DNA of 62,077 bases, filler included, from Basidioascus undulatus (taxonomy: Eukaryota): the NCBI GenBank assembly GCA_000826855.1. It is 15 parts of 15 records of this genome, joined end to end, with 100 filler letters (N's around TTAATTAATTAA, not from the genome) between each part and the next. Parts side by side here need not be neighbours in the genome. Positions count along the whole stretch, not along the records: positions 24,922 to 48,299 come from JTLS01000268.1; positions 48,400 to 51,059 come from JTLS01002680.1; positions 51,160 to 53,819 come from JTLS01002681.1; positions 53,920 to 56,576 come from JTLS01002682.1; 11 more parts are not named here. One strand, written 5' to 3'. Both the position numbers and the translations under genes were made by a program. Below are positions 45,375-55,755 of this stretch, one piece after another (position 1 is the stretch's first letter; every line of letters begins with the position of its first letter). The notes below the pieces were generated by a model. The model was not told the origin of the DNA. It was given only the letters and a program-made list of their open reading frames with translations, and made no database searches.

Positions 45375-45407
45375 ACGCGTTGTGTGAACGCGTCTGAGGC
45401 AGACGCG
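45375..45407. promoter_or_regulatory. Clustered MCB-like (ACGCGT) boxes upstream of PIF1
   Basis: ACGCGT at 45375-45380 and 45388-45393, plus ACGCG at 45403-45407, 135-170 nt upstream of the inferred ATG. Confidence 0.5.
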
Positions 45408-45699
45408 CCAGGGCGCCATCAGAGGCCGGTTTAAGGCGGTAAGGGGGAACGGCAAATAGTACGTTCTCTCACTCTCACCAGAATGCCCACTACGACTGCA
45501 GCTGCAACTTTTCCTATTTCACAGTGTTATTTATAGTGCTTCCTTCAAAGAAACAGGAGTCTATTCGGAGATAACCAGCCAGGCGATGGAACACAAACCG
45601 CAACCTGTCGTCGCGGCGCCGTCTTCTCTTCTCACCACCATCACTGATCCTCGCTGCAGTGCACTCACTTCTTGCTCATCTCGTCAAAGCCTCCTCACC

Positions 45700-46307
45700 A
45701 TGCTCACCTCGCTTCGATGCTTCATTTCCGATAGAGCGGGTCTCGCACCGCTCCACGCCTCACTCGGAAGCTTGCCTCGACCTTTCTCGTCTTCCCCCGT
45801 CTCGCGGTGACTACGACCGCTTCCTCGCCCGAACGACGGATCGCGCGCGCCAACCGAACAGGACACAAAGCCAGCGGCTCATCCTGCGGTAAGTTATGAT
45901 TTTGGGTTACCCGCTCGTCTCAACTACGTTGGCTCATCTCGCCTCACGCAGGGCACACTTCGGCGTCGGTATACAATGAACGAGGTAGGGAATCACCTTC
46001 CTCTCATAGACCTCCTTTTACTTGACTCTAGTCCTCACAATTTGCCGTTTTGGTCCCATTCTAGAAGACCAAGAGCCTCCGCTCCCGCCCCATATGCGCA
46101 GGGAAGCGCGGCGTTGCGCTAGACTCGCCAGAGCACCAGCGGTTCATTTCGCAGCGGGACGAACTCGTTGCCGGCGGATTTCTCCCGCACAAATTCGGAG
46201 AAAGGGGCAGAGTCAGAAACAACGATTACTGCACGCTCAGGGACTGGTGTATCCCAGAGCTGATGCGCTTGATCACTACGACCGGGGTACCTGGACTTGC
46301 GATCACG
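45700..46307 (+). pseudogene. Orphan family copy C: exons 1-3 only, premature TGA
   Basis: Exons 45700-45888, 45952-45984 (33 nt as in A) and 46065-46307 (243 nt as in A; DSPEHQRFISQRDELVA, DWCIPELMRLI). TGA at 45808-45810; exons 4-5 not recognisable. Confidence 0.75.
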
Positions 46308-47467
46308 GTACGTGTCCTTCAATTACATGCGTGCTCGCTCTGGTTTAGTTGAGGGACCATAGTTCAAAGTAAGCAATCTCAGCCACGTACAAACCCAAGT
46401 TTCCTACAGATCGACAAATTCTTGTTCTTTTAAGGCAAGCTTTTGGGTGAAACGCACAGGCTGCAGTGCAAGCCGGCAGCCCCCCCTGTTCCTTGCACCA
46501 AGGTCGGGAAAAATGTATAAAGCGGTCTGGATAGTAATGCACAAACTTAAAAAAGACGCAAACGACCGCTATCAGATGTGCAGGGGCAGGCCGGTCTGTT
46601 GAGCAGCCTTGTCAATTGTGATGGGCTATTGTACCACGGGGACAGCGTGAGCAGGACTAACTTGACGAATCTCGTCTTTCGAGTGCCCCCGTCTCGACGG
46701 TGATCGATAGTCTTCTATCAAACGACGTCTGCTTGTGGAGATAAGTAGGTCCCCACCACGCGTTGACTAGAAACTTGTTGGGCTGGCGCAGCTGTTCAGG
46801 CAGCACCATCCAGCTTATATCCGCAACGCCCATTTAACCCGCCTCATTCTTCGACATTCTTGCCTTCCCTCAACGAAGATCCCGAGCACATTGTAAGAGA
46901 TACAGATTCAGCTGGCCAAGATACACTCCTACCAATCCCTGTGCAGCAAGAAAACGGTTCGCCGGCCCAACACAACACCCTGCTGCGCTGCGCCGAAAAA
47001 AGGAAGTCGCAGCACTGACGGTTCTCGAACGTCGTCTCTCGTCGATCAAAGCCGCCCCAGCTCCAACGTCGACCCTTGGCAGCCGCTACCGCCGTTTATC
47101 TTCACATCCTCCAGAGCTTTTCCCTTCGTCGACCAAAGCCCCGTACGACACCCCCACCGTTCTCGAGCGAGGAAAAAAAATGCATTCCTCACTAATTTGA
47201 TAAGGCACCGGGTGGGTTGCATGCGTCACTCGCCCATCGTTAGCGCAAGGGCCAGAAGCCCGCCGAACCGAAAGTCAACTACTCCGCCCGCGCTCCGCTG
47301 CTCCTCAACCGTCAGCGCGCAGCACTCGTGAAGCCGCCGACGGAAACAGAACTGCCCGCAGCTCTGCGCACAGCCAGGTCATCCACAACAATGTTTTCGC
47401 TTTCTCCCTGTTCCTGTTCCTCTCCATCAACCTTCTCATCCTCCCCATCCACACCGACACCGACATA

Positions 47468-48202
47468 ATGACCGCCCCCGCCGACCACGCAGCCTCACCT
47501 CCCAGCGCGCCCGCAGCGTCTTCCTCCGTTCCCTCTTCCCGCTCCGCCTCCCCGTCACCAAAGTACGCGGTGCATCTGCACTCGCCCAAGGGCCGGCGGC
47601 TCTCCCTCCCCTCCCTCTCCCAGCCGTCTTCAGCCCCTCGCCCACTCCAGCGCTTGACACGGAAACTGCTGCTCCTCCTCGCCCTCGCGCTCCTCGCGAG
47701 CTTTGCGCTCTATGCACGACACCAGACGCATTCCCCGTTCCTCGCCCGCCTAGTACGCCCCCCCTCCCCTTCTGCCCTGCCTCCCCAGCCCTCTGAGCAC
47801 CTTTCCTCCCGCAGGCCGGCCGACCCGCCCCCAGAACACTAGACATCGTCGTAGCGTACTACGACCTCTCGCCCGAGGGGGTGTCCCACCTCCAGTCGCA
47901 CCTCGCGAACCTGCGCAGCTACTTCGAGGAGGACAAGACGGAGTGGGAGGTCAGCGCGATAATCTACCAGAAGGGGGACGTTCCCGGCGCGGGCGTGCTG
48001 CTCCGCGAGACGGGCGCGAAGGCCGTTGTGGGGCTGGAGAATGTCGGGAGGGAGGGTGAGTGGTTGAGCGGGAGAATGCGAGAGAATGCGAGGGATGCTG
48101 ATAAGTTGGAGGGGCGGGGAACAGGAGGGACGTATTTGCACCATATCATCGATAACTATAACCACCTCGCAGACCTGACGCTCTTCGTTCAACATCATCT
48201 CG
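47468..48202 (+). CDS. DUF3431 family type II membrane protein, 3'-truncated
   Basis: TM segment LLLLLALALLASFALY, LDIVVAYY, IIYQKG, LENVGRE|GGTYLHHIIDNYNHLADLTLFVQHH. Confidence 0.85.
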
Positions 48203-48299
48203 GTGCGTTCCTTCCTTCCCCCCTCCCCCCTTCCCCCTTCTTCCCCTCCTTCTCCCGCCCAAGCCTCCACCAAGCCTCCCACTAACTCCACCCCTCACA

Positions 48300-48399
48300 N
48301 NNNNNNNNNNNNNNNNNNNNNNNNNNNNNNNNNNNNNNNNNNNTTAATTAATTAANNNNNNNNNNNNNNNNNNNNNNNNNNNNNNNNNNNNNNNNNNNN
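48300..48399. other. Artificial contig linker
   Basis: 44 N + TTAATTAATTAA + 44 N. Confidence 0.99.
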
Positions 48400-48439
48400 T
48401 GGCTTCTCAAGAAGGCCCCCCCCCCTCTCCCTTCTGTCC

Positions 48440-48837
48440 CTACTCATCCTCCTCGAAGAAGGGAACCTTTTGGTCCGCGGACCCACGGAGTGTAACACCA
48501 AGGCGTTGGAGTTTGATGCTTAGCCCTAGCGCCCATCCCAAGAATGCCTCGTTGTCCATGCCAGAGAAAGCGAAGGCAGGTTCTATGAGCAGTGGACAGG
48601 GGTGACCGTCGAGATCCTCAGTTCCGTCAAGCGACCGAGCCTTTTCAGGTAGGGCAGCCCGTCGCGCGCGCCGTCGTCCGAAAACTCCACGTAAAAAAAC
48701 GAGGGATTCGAGCGCGGGACAGGACTCGGCGAGGGCACGTAGGAGGTTTTCCCCGGACACGATACGAATGAGCGCGCCGCCCCAGCCTGTCAGCCTGTGG
48801 GAAGTGAGGTTCGGGAGGCGCTCAACGACCGCGGGCC
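48440..48837 (-). pseudogene. LRR/F-box-associated-like fragment
   Basis: VVERLPNLTS and LLRALAESCPALESLVF are LRR-like repeats; upstream frames are broken by stops. Confidence 0.35.
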
Positions 48838-49590
48838 ATCAAAAACGCGTCGAGCCGGTTATGACTGCACGATGAGGAGAACGAACGGTTCGCGAGTTAG
48901 GTGTTTGCCACGAACTTTTCAGGTCTCCTAGGCCTGTTTGCGCAGTCTCCAGTGTCCGTCGTGTGTGACCTACTGTTCGCGAGCAGTTCGTTTTGTTAGT
49001 CTCTCTCACTATAAATACACGAGCTGTTTGACGCTGTTCGTAAACAGCGCCTTCCCAGACGAAGCCGCTCTGAGAAGATGCCTGACAAGCCTGTCGGGCA
49101 CTTGTGATCCAGCCTTTGCTGCTTCCAACCACAATTTTAGACAAGATAAGCTGCTTTAAGCAGATATTGGACAGCCTCGAGAAAAGCTTTCGACGGGAAT
49201 GCGTCGTTTAGGTCGGCCAACGGTGGCCCGGGGTTCACGAACTGTGTGGAACACGCCCATTTCATACTTCTGCCCTGTTTGCACATCTTCGCCAGCTGTT
49301 CATGAGAAGCTGTTTGCGAACAGCTCGGGGTGGTGTTGTCTTACAGTTCGTGTTCTCGTGCTTCAAACAGTTCGGCGAGCTGCTCACGACCAAGGTGTTC
49401 GTCCTACTCCCTAAGCTGCGTACGAAGACACGAAACGCCAGGACATCGATATGCGAGACGATGTGATGTTTAGTGATGGCTTGGATAGTACAGGAAATGG
49501 AACGGCGGGACAACGACTGTGTAATGCGGGAAGCGAAACTTAAAAGTACAGAACGGAGTGGCAGAGAAGCGAAGGATCAAAGCAAAGCAA

Positions 49591-50322
49591 TCACAGCACC
49601 TCCCCGCGCTGCCCCGCGCTCGACAAGCACTGCTGTACGACCTCCAATAAATGCTGGTTCTCGAGCGCCGCGGCAACACGCTCCTTATCGTTGAGCTGCT
49701 TGTTCACTGTCCGCGTCCCCCACCCTCATCAGCATCCCCTCCTCTCCCTTCCCCTTCCTCTGTCTCATCAACGTACCAGCATTCTCGCTCTGATGGCTCC
49801 CCTCCTTAACCTTGATGTCCACCTTAAACCGCTCCGGCAGGGCGCGCAGCAAGCGCACGCGCAGACTCAGCCCAATGAGCGTCGCCATGCTGCAGTGCGG
49901 GATGGTGGGCGTGAACTCGACGTGCACACGCGAGCGCACGTCGTCCACCGCGATTTGCGGGGCGGATACGACGGCGAGCTGCTCGAGCGTGAGCGGGTGC
50001 TCGGGGTCCGTTATGGAGCGGAGGAGATCTGCGGGGTGGGGTTTCTTTAGTTGCGTCTCGTGGCGGGAGAAGGTAAGGTATGGGGAGGAACACCAGACGC
50101 ACCGAACACCTCCGTCTGATCGATCGCCTCCACGTCCGCTAGGTCCGGCTCCACGGTCTCCTGGTCCTCCTCGCCCTCGTCTGATGAGCCCGACCCCGAG
50201 GCGGACCCGGAGGGGTAAAGAAAGTCAGTCGACCAGGGCGAGTCCACCACGCGGCGGGCGCGCCCGGTCGGCGCGGTCGGAGCGTGGATCGTCGGGTTCG
50301 CGTTGATGAGCTCAGTGGGCAT
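49591..50322 (-). CDS. CIA2: Cytosolic Fe-S assembly component Cia2 (FAM96B/MIP18), 3 exons, complete
   Basis: LINANPTI...[24 protein letters not shown]...[18 protein letters not shown]...FKVDI...[25 protein letters not shown]. Confidence 0.96.
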
Positions 50323-50822
50323 AATGAGTTGGGTGTGAGGGGATGAGGATGGGGGAAGATGGTGGAATGGTGGCGAGTGGGAACAAGTGGGAAAGAGTCG
50401 GAAGGTCGCTTGCTCAGCGTGATGGGTCTGCGCTTACGTGTCGCCAAATAACTCACGATGTTCGGGACGATAAGCCGATTGTTACTCGATTCTCGTGCCA
50501 GCCCCTTCGCTACGCCTTTACGCTGCTTTCACCCATCCTCAGCGTATGAGGGAAAGCTCCCAAAGTACATGGATAATTGTCTTAACCCCCGATTATGCGC
50601 GATGGACTCGGGAAGCATCGCGATGATGAGCTCGAGCGAGAATCGACTGACGCCACCCTCCGGCAGCCGAGCGCCCGATAGCGCAGCGCACTCAGCGAGC
50701 TCGTGCGACGAGCCAGCTGGCTTTCTTCCTCTCCTCCCACCATCAACTGCATTGACGAGTCCAGAGCACAAGCACAGACGAATTCCTCCTCCTCACCCCC
50801 CTTTACGATCCCCCATCGCACG

Positions 50823-51059
50823 ATGCTCCTCCGCCCTCCGCACAGCGCTCTCCGACCCCACGCCACGCTCCGGCGCACCCTCCCTTCCTCCTTCTGCCTC
50901 TCCATCCGGCAAGTCCACCCCGCCCCTTGCACGTCCTACGCCCAGCCGCTCGACAGCCGGCGTTCGCTCGACCCCGCGCTCTGCCGGACCCCACCGCCCC
51001 CCACGCCGACGTCCGTCCTGCGCTCGCTCTCCCCTAGCTCCTCCTCCACCCGCCGCGCA
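50823..51059 (+). CDS. N-terminus of a probably mitochondrial protein, divergent from CIA2
   Basis: MLLRPPHSALRPHATLRRTLPSSFCLSIRQVH is presequence-like and the frame is open to the linker. Confidence 0.4.
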
Positions 51060-51159
51060 NNNNNNNNNNNNNNNNNNNNNNNNNNNNNNNNNNNNNNNNN
51101 NNNTTAATTAATTAANNNNNNNNNNNNNNNNNNNNNNNNNNNNNNNNNNNNNNNNNNNN
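51060..51159. other. Artificial contig linker
   Basis: 44 N + TTAATTAATTAA + 44 N. Confidence 0.99.
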
Positions 51160-53689
51160 AAGCAGGCAAAAGAACAGAACGCAATGCGACAGCGGAAAAC
51201 GTAAGGAACTAAAAGGCTATGGGAGGGAGGGGGCGGGGGTCAGGATCTGTGCAGGAAGGGAGGGGGGTTAGCGGGCCGGTGTGCAGGGGTGGGCGGACTG
51301 GGACGCACGAGACGCAGATCCCGCGAACTGTCGATGCGCCACAGCTCATGAAAGAGGAGGTGCCTCGGCGATTTCAGTCGTTCCCTGCACGGTCCATCCA
51401 AGACACAAATCAGCTTCCCTCATCTCGCACAACCCATGACCACCGAATGGAACGCACAGCAACACTTCCTCCCACGCCGTCCCGACGTTCTCCAAAAACC
51501 GCACAAACTCGGGCGACCGCTTCGGCCTCCGCGGCGTCTCCCCCTCTTCCGCCGCCGCCGCGGCCTCCTCGAACGCATACAGCTCCGCCACGTCCCGCGC
51601 GATGTCGTCGATGAACGCCTGCTCGGGGTGACGCGCGGAGGTGGGGAGCGCCTCTAGGTACTCTGACGCGCGCGAAAGGAAGGTGGACAGCTCGGTGACG
51701 CTCAGCTTGCTGTTCGTTTTCATCAGCTCGGGAAGAGAGCCGGAAAGGGTGGGAGTAGAAGAGTTACACACCTGAACGCAGTCATCACAGCGTTCACGCG
51801 CTTGGCCAGTGTCCCGCGGAGGCCCTCAAGCATGAGTGTCCCCCGTGCAACAGCATAGCTGTTGCTCGCCGCGGGGTTCTCGCGGACGACGTCGTACAAG
51901 ATCTGCAGCAGGCGGAAAGCGACTGCGAAGCGGCGTGCCCAAGCGCGGAAGGCCGCGTGCGCGTCTTGCACGAGCGTCATGAGCTGGGGTGCCGTGGGCG
52001 CGCCGGAGAGGAGTGCTTGTTGTGTGGAGAGGGGGAGGGAAGGCAGCGCGGAAGAGACGGAGGGGAGGGGGAGGAGGTAGTGCGCTGGTGACGCGGAGGG
52101 GAGGGTCGACGGAGGGGAGGAGAGAGTGCCGTAGGGCTGGAAGAAGTGGGCGATGTGCAGCAGCTGTGGTGGGGAGGGAGGGATTGAGATGGAGGTGCGG
52201 AAGAGGAGAGTGCGGGGCGGCGCACGTGGAGAGCGGATAGGAGAGTGGCGGAGGAGTTGTCCGTCCCGCGGGAGATGTCGCTCAAAGCGTCGAAGACGGA
52301 CGGGCCGATGTAAACGTCGGGCAGCCAGTCAGCGCTAAAGAACAGCTGCACATCCCTCCCCCTCATCAGCCCCGTTCGCGTCCCCCCGCCGGCGGAAGAA
52401 GCAGAAGCACGCACCGCCTGGACGAGTTCGTCGAACGTCTCCCTCGCGTGGGGCGCTGCGACCTGCGCAATCTCTAGCTCGGCGAGGGTGGAGCGCGGGA
52501 GGACGTCGTGAAGCGCTGTGCTGCTTGTAGACACGCCCAGGAGGAGCACGAAGGGCAGCTGCGGCTGGTAGAACGAGAGGAGGTGGATGAGGTCCGCGAG
52601 GAGGGAGGGGTCGAACGCGTCGGCGTCAGAGAGGGTGATGACGAGCTTGTTATGTTCTGCGGAGCGAAGGGTGTGCTTAGGCGATCTTCGCGGGAGAGAA
52701 GCGGGGAGAGGAGGGGTGGGGCGAACCTCGACTGCCCGAGATGTGCTCGTACCACGCGACTAGCCCTTCAAAGTCGTAGTTGGCTAGGATGGTCGTGCCT
52801 GGCTTCTTGGGAACGTTCCACCCGCCCTTTACACCATCCTATCGTGAGCCCACACCTCCTCAACTCTGGAGCGCGATGTCAACTCACCGGCGGTCCGTCC
52901 AGAAACGCCTCGTACGCCTCCACCAAGCGTGCGATGAGCGTGCGCATCCCGCTCTGCAGGTCCTTGAAGTCCTTGCTCGCGAGCTCGCAGCAGACATGGG
53001 CGGAGGTGGATGCTATACGGTCGCACGCGGCGCGGAGGAGGAGGGCGGTGTCGGAGGAGTTCGAGCCTGTGGGCCGCTCCTCCCCTTCAGCAGACGTTCC
53101 TTCCTAGTGGAGCGGTGTGCCCAGACTCACCGATAACGATGCATGCCGGCACCTCGTTATACGGCGAGAGAAACGGTTTAGGGGAGTACGCATCGGCGAC
53201 GAAGGAGGAGATGCGGTCGAGGGTGGGCGCGTGCAGGCGGTCGAGGGTGTCCTATGGGCGCAAGACGCGCTTCAGCACATAGAGGACGCGCCTGAGAGGG
53301 ATGAGGCGCACCTGTAACCGAGCTCTGCACCTGTTCCATGCGTGAGAGAACGCCCTGCCGCGGATCTCGGGCCCGTCCGCTAGGTCGTGCTCGTAGATGG
53401 GGAACCCGGGCGCGTCGTCTTCGAGGCTGAAGGGCAGCTCGTCCTCGCTGTCTTCAGGGTCGCCGTCATCTGAATATGTGACTCTCAGCTCTAATGATCC
53501 TGAGCTCAAAGGTCCTTCAGAACGTACCGCTCGCGTACAGCTCGACAAACACGCCCTGAAGAACGAACCCCACGCGTCAGCTTAAGCACCTCCAGCGCGA
53601 GCCGGGATGGGGCCGCGTACCTGGGTGACCGATGTCCACACGTCGATATCGTCCTCATGGCGTGCCTTCTTTGCTTGTCTTGGTGGCAT
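51160..53689 (-). CDS. ORC3: Origin recognition complex subunit 3, 3'-truncated
   Basis: KLVITLSDADAFDPSLLADLIHLLSFYQPQLPFVLLLGVSTSSTALHDVLPRSTL, R..AF..AW near the N-terminus, and LLFHELW...ILTPAP before the missing winged helix. Start MPPRQAKKAR at 53689. Confidence 0.8.
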
Positions 53690-53819
53690 CGAAGCTGGCT
53701 CTGATTTGAATGTCAAAAGTGTAAAGAATGCCAAACGCGAAGAGCGTGAAGCGAGAAGGCAGCCCTCCGCCGAACCGGGTTCGGTGCCCGAGACCCCGCC
53801 CGCCGTCCAGCGGCTCCCC

Positions 53820-53919
53820 NNNNNNNNNNNNNNNNNNNNNNNNNNNNNNNNNNNNNNNNNNNNTTAATTAATTAANNNNNNNNNNNNNNNNNNNNNNNNN
53901 NNNNNNNNNNNNNNNNNNN
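53820..53919. other. Artificial contig linker
   Basis: 44 N + TTAATTAATTAA + 44 N. Confidence 0.99.
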
Positions 53920-54061
53920 CTTGCTCTTGCTCTTGGACTCTTTACACTTGATTCCTACATCCCACCCTCCGCCCGCTGGTCGTCTCTTCCACCTGTACCA
54001 ACACACCCTTCAACCGCCCGCCCGCACGCACCCCTGACCACCACTGCCTCCGCATCGCACA

Positions 54062-55755
54062 ATGTCCGTCTCGCATCTCGTGCTCCGCTTCCCTTCACCT
54101 CGCGCACTCACACCAACATCTCCCCTCTGGTGCAGGGCAACCGACGCTTCATACGACTATCTCTTCAAGATTAGTTCTTCCCCCTTTGTCCCCTCCCTCC
54201 CTTCCCGCCGCCCGCGCCCGCGCCCGCACCTCCGGCCCGGCGGCGGGAGGGCTGCTGATGATGATGGACAGACAAGGCTGACATGGGCTTGGATGGCGGG
54301 GGTTGATGCTGGGTGTTGGGCGTGTCTACGTCGTGCTCATTGGTGGTGCGTCCCCCGTCTCCACGCCTTCCACTCGCCCGTGTGCGTTGATCGGGACACG
54401 CTAATCTCCCTCCCATCCCCGTTTCACCAGACTCCGGCGTCGGGAAATCGTCCGTCTCTCACCCACCTACCCGCGCATCTCTCTCCCTCTCCCCCTCCTT
54501 GCTAACCTCCCACCTCCTGCGCCCTTCCCGATCCCACACAGCAACCGTCCGTCCCCATTCCCCCTCCCCATCTACGCACCTCCCCTTCGCCCGAGGCTCA
54601 CGCCGCGTTCGTGCCCCTCACAGTCCTCTCTCGATTCACCCGCGACGAGTTCAACCTCGAGAGCAAGTCCACTATCGGCGTCGAGTTTGCGACGCGCAGC
54701 ATCAAGGTCGAGGACAAGACGATCAAGGCGCAGATCTGGGACACGGGTGCGTTGCGCGTCTTCCCTGCATCTGGGGGTATCTCAGGGGATGAGTCAGCGG
54801 AGGATATTCGGAAGGTGTTCTATCTTGGTTGCTGACTCTTCCTCTTTCTCCCCACGCGCTCAGCCGGCCAAGAGCGCTACCGCGCCATCACGTCCGCGTG
54901 CGTCTTCCCTCTCACCCAGCATCTCCCCTTCCCTCGCCTCCCCCTGCCTCAATCTGACTCCCCACGCCCACGCAGGTACTACCGTGGGGCCGTCGGCGCG
55001 CTGCTGGTGTACGACATTGCGAAGCGGGCGTCGTACGACAACGTGCAGCGCTGGCTCAAGGAGCTCCTCGACCACGCCGACACAAACATCGTCATCATGC
55101 TCGTCGGCAACAAGTCGGACCTCAAGCACCTTCGCGCCGTGCCGACGCAGGAGGCGGAGGACTTTGCGCGTGCGTTGGACGCCCCCTTTCTCTCTTTTCC
55201 CCTCCCCCTTCCCGTGTCTCTCCCACCTCCCAGCGCTCTGCCTCTCCCCTGCCCGCCTGCTCCTCCCTGCTTTCTCTCCCTCTCCGCCCTGCCTTTTCTC
55301 CCTCCCCCGTCCGACAAGGTGATCTGACAGGGAAAATGGGACCGATGTGGATGGATGGCGTGGGTGTGGGGTATACAGGCGCAGAGGACCATCCGTCACA
55401 CCCCGACAAAAAGCTCCACTTTATCGAGACGTCCGCGCTAGACGCGTCAAACGTCGAGAAGGCGTTCCAGGACATCTTGAAGGGTGCGTTTTCGTCTCCT
55501 CTCCCCGATCCCTCCCTCTCCCGTCCCGCCCTTCTGCTCTTTCCCGACTACCATCCTTCCCTTCCTTCCCTCCTTGCCCTTTCCTTCCGAGCTGACTTTT
55601 CGTGCCTTGGGATGGGTGTTGCAGAGATCTACGACCAAGTGGCCAAGAAGGCGCTCGAGTCGGACGACGCGCAGATCAAGCCCTCGGGCGGGGAGACGAT
55701 CACCGTCACCCCCACGGCCGATAACGACGCGGCCAAGAAGGGCGGGTGCTGCTGA
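54062..55755 (+). CDS. YPT3: Rab11-family GTPase (Ypt3/Ypt31), complete, 10 exons
   Basis: [49 protein letters not shown]...[24 protein letters not shown]...LVGNKSDL...FIETSA...GGCC*. Confidence 0.97.
54170..54329 (+). other. Non-canonical AT-AC intron (160 nt) in Rab11
   Basis: TTCAAG|ATTAGTTC...GCTGAC...GTCTAC|GTCGTGCTC. Removal gives exactly YLFK-VVLIG, and no GT-AG solution exists. Confidence 0.85.

Noticed and set aside
54170..54329. Canonical U12-type minor intron
   Set aside because: It lacks the ATATCCTT 5' site and the TCCTTAAC branch, so it is reported as a U2-like AT-AC intron instead.
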